Source of the DNA: a virus
Taxonomy: Duplodnaviria > Caudoviricetes
IMG/VR virus record: IMGVR_UViG_3300048606_000186
Span: 14,844-78,843 of that record
DNA length: 64,000 bases
Reading direction: 5' to 3' (one strand)
In this document: positions 52,324-61,500 of the stretch, in pieces
How the letters are laid out: every line of letters begins with the position of its first letter
How positions within the stretch are numbered: position 1 is the stretch's first letter
The notes under the pieces: model-generated
What the model was told of the DNA's origin: nothing
Seen by the model: the letters and a program-made list of their open reading frames with translations, nothing else
The model's database searches: none
Made by a program: the position numbers and the translations under genes

Positions 52324-52348
52324 GGTTCGAGTCCTCTTCTGGGCACCA
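52324..52348 (+). other. attR core: 3' end of tRNA-Leu (T-loop, acceptor stem, CCA); not a full tRNA
   Basis: GGTTCGAGTCCTCTTCTGGGCACCA; TCTGGGC pairs with a GCCCAGA tRNA 5' end; upstream T-stem half is broken. Confidence 0.8.
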
Positions 52349-52516
52349 GGGACGTCTCCCTTATCGACGCGGTCCTACGGCCGATGATCGCGGCCCGCGC
52401 GCCCAGACGGCGTGGCTCGTCGCAGATTTCCCTAAACGCTGCCGTGATCCCCCCGATCATAACCCCGGGTAGACGCATCCTTCCGTTGTCTGCCGGCAAT
52501 CTTTTTGGGGGATCGA

Positions 52517-55500
52517 ATGGTCGCGATCGTCACCGGCAAGGGCACTGGCCTCGAGCGCAGCTCGGCCTGGGTCCTGGGTTCACGCGGACAATTGGGCGGC
52601 GCCACGATGGGGCGCGACGGCGAAGACGTCTACGTCAATGCGGCGAACGGCAATCTCGTCATCACCCGCCAGGACGAGTTCCTGATCGGCCTCGGCCCGG
52701 ACAGCGGCATCGGCCGCGCCTATAACAGCCAGGCGAATTTCACCGACGACAATGGCGACAATTGGAAGGCCACGCCGAGCAAGAATATCTGGTCGGCCGG
52801 CGGGGTCAACGTCGCGGGCGCGACCGTCACCCGCCGCGACTGGGACGGCTCCGAGACGGTGTTCAACTATGACGTCGCCAAGGGGAAATATGTCTCGACC
52901 GACGGCGCCGGCGCCTATGACACGATCGTCTACAATGGCGAATGGCACTGGACCGACGGCACGACGGGGGTCGACGAATATTATTCCGCCGCCGAAGGCT
53001 ATCACATCAAATATCGCACCGATCCCGACGGCAACCGGCTGACCTACACCTATACGGGCGGCAAGCTGGTCAACATCGCCACGCAAAACGGAGAATCCAC
53101 CCAGTTCGTCTATAGCGGCAACAATCTGATCGAGCTCAACACCTACGCGCCCGGTCTCTCGACCCGGGTCCGTTACGGCTACGACGGCTCGAACCGGCTT
53201 TCGACGGTCACGCTCGATCTGAGCCCGAACGACAACAGCGTCAGCGACGGCAACAGCTACGTCACGACCTATACCTATGACGGCAGCAGCAAGCGCGTCG
53301 CCTCGATCACGCAGAAGGACGGCTCTTCGATCTCGTTCACTTACGCGCTGGTCGGCGGCGTCTACAAAATCGCCACCTATACGCAGGCGGTGGCGGCCGG
53401 CGTCACGCGCGTCACCAGCTTCGATTACAGCGTCGCTGGCCGCACGACCGTCACCGATCCGGCCGGCCAGAAAACCACGCTTTGGTACAATGCGAACAAT
53501 GAGCTGACCCAGATCAGCTATCCGCCCGAAAGCGCCAACGTCGCGCCCAAGACCGTCCAGTTCCAATATGAGGACGACGGCGATGTGAAGGCCGCGGTGC
53601 TGGGCCCGGGCAACACGATCAAATATGAATATGACGAGCGCGGCAATCTCCGCGCCGAACTCGACAGCGCGGGCAATCTGATCTGGCGGACCTACGGCAG
53701 CAAGAACGAGCTGCGCACCGAATCCCGAGTCGTCGACTGGAGCCCCTCGGTCCCCGGCGCGGGCTTCGAGACGCCGCCTGTGGGCGCCGGCTATCAATAT
53801 AACCCCACCGTCTCGGGCGTGACCTTCACCGGCACTTCCGGAATCACCGGAAACTACAGCGCCTTCGGCTTCTACCCCGCGGCGGAAGGCAATCAGGTCG
53901 GCTTCGTCCAGACCAGCAGCACCGGCGGCGCCGCCATCACGCATACCGTGACCGGCCTCACGGCCGGCAAGCGCTACGTCGTCGTCTTCCAGATGGCCGC
54001 CCGGCCGGGCTATGGCGCGACGCCGATCACGGTGTCGCTCAATGGCGGCGCGCTGCAGACGATTACCCCGAAATCGAACGCGTTCGAGACGGTCGCCGTC
54101 GGCTTCATCGCCACGGGCAGCAGCAACACGATCAGCTTTTCCGGCGCGGTCACCGCCCAGGATCTTGCGACCGCAATCGACAATGTCCGGGTCGGCGAGG
54201 CGGAAACCGACTGGTATGCCTATGACAGCGAAAGCCATCTGCGCTACGTCGTCACCGAAGAAGGGCGCATCACCCAGTACGAATATAATCCCAACGGCAC
54301 CCGCAAGGCGACCGACACCTATCCGGACAGCGCCTACACCCTGACCGGCATCACCCCCACGACCGCGATCGACGAAAGCCCGGTCACGACCTACGTGAGC
54401 GGCCTGGACAAGACGAACGGCCAGCGGATCGAATATGGCTATGACGGCCGCGGCAACGTTACGCTCGAAACCGCCTATTCGAAGCTGCTGAGCAACGGCC
54501 TGTCCGACACGTCGTCCGAAAAGACGGAGACCGCCTATACCTACGATGCTCAGGGGCAGCTGCTGACGCGGCAGCGCTTCGGCTCTTCGGCGGTCGAGGT
54601 ATTCACCTATGACGGCATGGGCCGGATGACGACCGCGACCGATTTCGCCGGCAGTCTCACCAGGACCACCTATTTCGACTCCGTCGGCCAGACGGTGATC
54701 ACCCACGCCAACGGCCTCAGCGAGATTTCGGCCTACAACAAGGCGGGCGAGCTGATCACCTATTCGACGTCGAACGCCGGCGCGAACCTGGTCGATCTTT
54801 CCGGCTGGCCCGGCAATCCCGCGAGCGTGCCTTCGGGGCAGGCGATCGTGCCCGGCTGGGCGAATTACAGCGGTTATACCGACGAAACGCAGTGGGCCGC
54901 CACGATCGGACCGGACGGCTTGCCTGTGGTGGCGATCCAGTCGGGCCAGCTCGATACTTCGCTGGAGGGCGGCGGGAACTTCACCAATGAAATGCAGATC
55001 GACGCGACCAAGGCCTATGAATTCACCTGGCAGTTCAAGCTCAGCGCGATGGACAAGCATTATGTGTTTTTCGGCCTGAGCGGCGGGTCTCCCGCCATGG
55101 TCGAGAACCTCGGCGACGGCGCGGACAACGACAATCCCTATTTCTGGTACGCCTATGTCGGGATGCAGGATGCGTATCTGGATCCCGACAAATGGTACAA
55201 GGTCGTCGGCTACGTCCTGCCGCAAGGCACGCCGACATCATCCGCTCCCCTGGGCGGGGTCTATGATGTGGCGACCGGGCAGAAGGTGCTCGACATCTAC
55301 TCGAATTACCGTTGGAATCCCGAGCGTGCCGGGAACACGGTTCATTCGCGCTTCTTCGATTTCTACGGCGAGGCGAATCAGCAATATTCGACCTATTTCT
55401 ACCAGCCCGAAGTTCGCCAGGTCAGCACCGCGAGCGTCCTTGGTCCCGACGTTTCGACATCGCGCTACGTCTACGACAATCTCGGCCGCCTGCGCGCGAC

Positions 55501-58500
55501 GATCGACCCGACCGGGCGCCGCAACCACATGATGTACGACAGCGTCGGCCGGAAGATCGCCGACATCGACGCGGACGGCTCGGTCACCGAATATCGCTAC
55601 GACGGCAGCGACAATCTCACCAGCACGACGCGCTACGCCAACAAGCTCTCCAGCGGCCAGCTCGCCGGGATGATCGACGGCAACGGCAATCCCACCAGCG
55701 CCAGCCTCGCCTCGCTGCGGCCGACAGCGAGCGCGAGCGATCAATGGAACTTCCAGATTTACGATCGCGCCCAGCGGCTCGTGCAGACCATCGACGGCAG
55801 CGGTGCGACGACGGTCTTCACCTATGACGGCGCCTCCCGTCTGGTTTCGACCAGAAGCTATGTCAACAAGATCGCCGCCGGCACGCTTTCGAACCTGAAG
55901 GCATGGGCCAACAATCCCAATTACTGGACCTACGGCCAGGACGGCATGTCCTGGTACAGGGCGAACCTGAACGTCGCCGCGGCCGGCACGATCGACGGCA
56001 CCGCCGCCTATCAGTTCACCGTGATCGCAAGCGACGTCTGGCAGGCGATCGTATCCGGCGGGGTCGATGCCCTCGCCGGCCAGACGATCACCGCGACGAT
56101 GACGGTGAAAGGCGTCGGCTCGGTCAGCATGGCCTCGTTCGGCCTCCATAGCAGCGCCGGGACCGGCTGGGGGGCGAACGCGGACGCTTATGCGACCATC
56201 GTCTCCGGGCCCGGCTCGATCACCTATCAGGATGGCGCCTTCTTTCAGGTCAGCGGTCTTTCGACGACCGAAGCCACCCGCTTCACGATCACCCGCACGG
56301 CGCGCCAGACCGAGGGCATCACCCCCTATTTCTATCTCAACACCTCGGCCGCGGTCGCAGGGCAGTCCGAAATCCTGTCCGCGCCGGTCCTGTCCAGCAC
56401 GCCTGCTGCGCCGATCCTTCCGACCGCCGACGCCAACGACCGCATCACCCGCAATTTCTACGACAAGGATGGCCGGGTCATCGCCACGCTGGACGGCGCC
56501 GGCGGCCTGACTGAGTTCGTCTACGACCGGGCCGGCCGAAAGACCAAGGAGTCGGCGCGCGCCAAGGCCGCGGACTCCAGCCTCTGGGCGACCGGAACGC
56601 TGGCCCAATTGCAATCGAGCGCCGGCACCAGCAGCGCCGATCGCCGTACCGACTATGTCTACGACTCGCGCGGCTTCCTGCGCTACTCGGTCGATGCCGC
56701 CGGCCATGTCGTGAAATATCAGGTCGATGCGACCGGCAAGCTCAATCGCAGCGTCGCCTATGACGGCGTCATCGCCACCGCCTCGAGCTATTCCAGCGCT
56801 TACGTCCTGGCCCAGGTCACCGCCAACGGCCTGGACACCGCAGCCGGCAAGAGGGTGACGCGCGCGGTTTTCGACAATGCCGGCCGCAAGGCGTTCGACA
56901 TCGACGCGATGGGCTCGGTTTCCGCTTATGCCTATGACAGCCTCGGCAACGCCACCAAGCAGACCGTCTACGCCACGCTCTATTCCACGTTCGACGACAA
57001 CCCCACCTTCGCAACCATGCAGAGTTGGGCGTCGGGCCAGGCGGGCAACGCGGCCAACCGCACCAGCCGCATGGTCTACGACCTGCAGGGGCGGATCGCC
57101 TACACCGTCGATGCCGAAAATTACGTCAGCGAAAGCCAATACGACCGGGCCGGCCGGGTCACGAAGACGATCCGCTATGCCGGTCAATATACGGTCACCG
57201 ACAGCGTCACCAAGGAAAGCCTCGCCGCGCAGATCGGCGCGCTGCCGGCATCGGCCGTCGTGGTCAGCTATGCCTATGACGCCGACGGGCTGCTGAGCGA
57301 CCAGACCGACGGTGTCGGCGCCGTGACGCATTTCACCTACGACAGCTTCGGCCAGGTGATCGACACGACCGTCGCCTACGGCACGTCGCTCGCCTCGACC
57401 ACCCGGCGCAGCTACGACCTGCTCGGCCGTGTCGTCAGCCAGACCGCCGCTTATGGCACCGGCATCGCCGCGACGACAAACTATGCCTATGACGCGCTCG
57501 GCAACCTGATCACGGCCACGGACGCTCTCGGCTACGTCACGACCCGGACGTACGACAGCGGCGGCCGCGTGCTGACCGTCAGCGTGCCGGTCGACGCCAA
57601 TCCGGCGAACAATCTCGTCACCACCAACGAATATGACGCCTTGGGAAACCTGGTGAAGCTCAGCCGGCCGGTGCAGGCCGGTACGGCCAACACCTATCGC
57701 TACTACGACAACCTCGGCCGGCTCGCGGTGGAGGTCGACGCCGAGCGTTACTGGACGCGCACCAATTACACGGCGTTCGGCGAAGTCGCTTCGATCGTGC
57801 GGTCTTACGACAAGGTCGCGAGCGAACCGACCACCTCCGCGCAGCCGACCCTGCCCACGCACGCCCAGGATGCCACGACCAGCTTCAGCTACGACAAAAT
57901 GAGCCGGATGCTCACCGTCACCGACGCGATGAATTTCACCGAGACCTATTCGCTCGACACGTTCGGACAGCGGCTGTTCATCACCAACAAGACCGGCGGC
58001 CTCACCCAGGTCGGCCACGACAAGCTGGGGCGCCTCACCTACCAATATGTCTTTCAAAATGTGCACACCAGCGCGGGCGCCGTGCAGGCGAGCGCCTATT
58101 ACAGCCTCATTCGCAACTATGACAGCCGAGGCAACGTCACCTGGGAGACCCTGGCCGGCGCCGTCGCGGAACATCGCGATACGACCTTCGTCTACGACAA
58201 GGCGAACCGCCTCATCCAGGCCGTCCACGAGCCGGTCCAGACGCTGGGCGCGAACCTGATCACGCTCTCCAACGTCTCGCCGACCGAAAGCTTCGTCTAC
58301 AATCTGCGCGGCGAGCTTGTCCAAGCCGTCGATGCCGGCGGCGGCAAGACGATCAGCTATTATGATGCGCTCGGCCGCAAGACGATGGAGATCAGTGCGG
58401 TCGGAACCGTGAGCAGCTGGGCCTATGACGCAGCGAGCCAGGTGACGAGCGCGCGCGTCTACGAAACGGCGGTATCGATTCCGTCTGATCCGCTGGCCGC

Positions 58501-61500
58501 CCCGCCGACGCCGACGGGCGCCTATCGCGAGACGAGCTTCGGTTACGACCGGGCCGGCCGACGCCTCACCGGGAGCGTCTCGAGCCTGCAATTCGGAGTG
58601 ATGAGCGGGTCGACCTTCGTCACCACTTATTCAGGCGGCACGACCGTCACCAGCGTCTATGACAAGGGCGGCAACGTCACTCAGGAAGTGGACGGCCTCG
58701 GCAACAGCGCCTGGACCTGGTTCGACAAGCTCGGCCGCAAGATCGCGCAGGTGGACCGCGAGAACTACCTGACCCTGTGGGATGTCGACAGCAACGGCAA
58801 CGTCAAATCCGAGACGCGCTATGCGACGCGGATCGCGGCGACGATCACCCAGAGTACGGCGGCAAGCACGCTCGCCGGTCTTGCCGGCGCCAGCGCCGCC
58901 GACCGCACCACCAGCTTCACCTACGACAAGAATGGCCGCCGCCTGACCGAAACGCGGGCGGGCGTCCTTGCCGCGACCGTCTCCGGCACGGGCGCGCTCA
59001 GCACGGCGACGCAAAGCGCGACCATCACCTATGCCTATAACGGCCTCGGCCTCGTCACCAGCAAGACCGCGGCGAACGGCGAGGTCACCAATTACGGCTA
59101 TGACACGCACGGCCGGCTGTCCTGGGTCAAGGAGCCGACGATCACCGACCATACGGGCGCCAGCGTGCGGCGGATGACCGAGAATTTCTACGACGCGCTC
59201 GGCAATCTCGTACGGACCGAGATCAACAAGGAAGGCGGTGCGGCCGGGGACGATCGGGTCACCACCTGGCTCTACGGCGCCGGCGGGCGGCTGGCGACGT
59301 TGACCGATGCGGTCGGGGCCCAGCGCAACTATTATTACGACGCCGCCGGCCGGGTGGTCGCGGAGACGTACAACCGCACCAGATCGGACGGTGGCGTCGT
59401 CACCGAGGCGATCGCCTATCGCTACGATATCGGGGGCCGGATGACGGCCCAATCGAGCGCCGCCTATAATGGCTCGGCCTGGGTCCATGGCGATGCGACC
59501 CGGCTGCGCTACAATGCCTTCGGCGAGGTCACCGGCCGCGGCGTCACCGCCGGCCCGGACGTCACCGCGGTCTATCAGGAAACCTACGATTACGACCTGG
59601 GCGGCCGGCTCTGGCGGTCGAACAAGGACGATGGCTCGACCCGCCTGTTCCTCTACGACCTCGCCGGCAACCGAACCCTCACGCTGTCATCGACCGGCAA
59701 CGACCTCACCGCGGTCAGCCAGGGCGGCTTCCCCGGCTGGATCGGCACCGCCGGCGAAAGTCTGCTGGCGAATGCGGTCACCACGATCGTGGTCTACGAC
59801 AAGCGCGGCCAACAGGTCGCGAGCCGGGAGCCAAGCCGCCAGCTGACCTCGAGCACCACCGCCACCCTCATCGCCAGCCGCGCCTACAATGCATTCGGCG
59901 AGGTCACGGCGGAGACCGACGCGCGCGGCAACACCACCAATTTCACCTACAATGCGATGGGCCGCCTCACCAAGAAGGAGGCTCCGAGCGCCAGCTGGAC
60001 GGCGGAAAATGGCGGCGTCGCCACGGCCCGGCCGACCGAGGATTATTATTACGACATTTCCGGCCGCCTGGTCGGCGTGACCGACGCCAACGGCAACCTG
60101 ACCACCCGCGCCCTGCTCGCCGGCACGGGCCAGGACGGCGACGACGCGCTGGTCGCCGCCGAGTTCCACGCTGACGGCGGCGTCGCGCGCACCTTCCACG
60201 ACGCGTTCCGCGACGCCCGCATCGTGCGCAGCGAGCTCTACGTGTCGGGCAGCACCACCGATTTCGACGAAGTGATGACCTACGACAAGATGGGCCGCAT
60301 CACCGGCGTCCAGCATCGCGGCAACCTGCTCACCGACAGCTACGGCTACGATCAGCTCGGCCAGCGCATCTGGCATTCCAATTCGCAACTCGGCGCGAGC
60401 GTCAAGGAACGCACGGACTACGACCTCCAGGGCCGCGTCGTCAGCCAGCTCGATTTCACCGGCCTGGGCCTGACCTTCACCTACACCTGGGACGGGAACC
60501 TCACCACCAGCGGCCTCGGCACGTTCGGCGGCTGGGTAAAGGCGACCAACAATAACGGCCATGTCGCCTATGAGAGCCTCGACTTTTTTGGCCGTACCAT
60601 CGCCGTCAACGATGCCGGCGGTCATGCCTACACGCTGACCTTCAACAAGGCCGGGCAGCTCACCGCGCGCTCCAACGGCGCGGGCGAGAGCATCGCCTTC
60701 ACCTATTACAATAGCGGTCTCGTTTCCGGGCAGACGGGCACGCAGGGCACCGCCGCCTACGGCTACGACGCGGGCGGGAACCGGATTTCGGAGACCTTCT
60801 CGAAGGGCGGCGTCTCCTACCGCAACGCCACCGCGGTCTATGACGTGCTGGGGCGGATGACGAGCTGGTCCGACACCGGCCTCGGGGGCGCGGCGCCGGC
60901 CTCGACCTCCTGGGAGTACGACAAGGCGGGGAACATCCGCTACGTCTCGACCAGCTATCGCGAGCTCGACGTGCAGGGCAACGTGCTCGGCTACAGCAGC
61001 ACGAAGAGCTACTGGTACCTGTACGACAACATGGGCCGATTCACCCTGACCAAGGGCGAGCTCGACGGTTCGCGCGGCTCGGGCACGGTGGTTCGCGGCG
61101 CCGAGGGCAGCTTGATCACCTATAACAAGGACGGCACGCGCAAGAGCGCGCTCTACGAGGCGAGCATTCAGAGTTCGCGCTGGGCCTATATGTCGGGCAG
61201 CGGCCCCTATGCCTACGAGATCGTCAACGACGGCTCGGGCTCGGGCGTCTGGCAACTGGTCGCCGACGGCTTCCTGGGCGAGCGGCGCGAGGACTATGTC
61301 TACCGCGCCGACGGCCAGCTGATGCAGGTCAACAGGGCCGACGCGTGGATCGATCCCGGCCCGCCGCCCAGCCCCTGGGACTGGTCGCCGCCGGAGCCCA
61401 TCTACCACGCGCCTTCGGCCAGCGGCGCCTTGCTCGCCACCTACAGCCGCGATGCGATCGGCCGGATCACCTATTATAAGGAATATGGGGGGATCGACGG

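Larger units (their letters stand above)
1..52348. mobile_element. Integrated temperate siphovirus prophage (right part), Chi-like/Casjensviridae-like gene order
   Basis: Contiguous tail, lysis, early, replication and repressor modules ending in a tRNA 3'-end duplicate (attR); continues left of the window. Confidence 0.9.

Noticed and set aside
52324-52348. Complete tRNA gene
   Set aside because: Only the last 25 nt are present; D- and anticodon arms are absent
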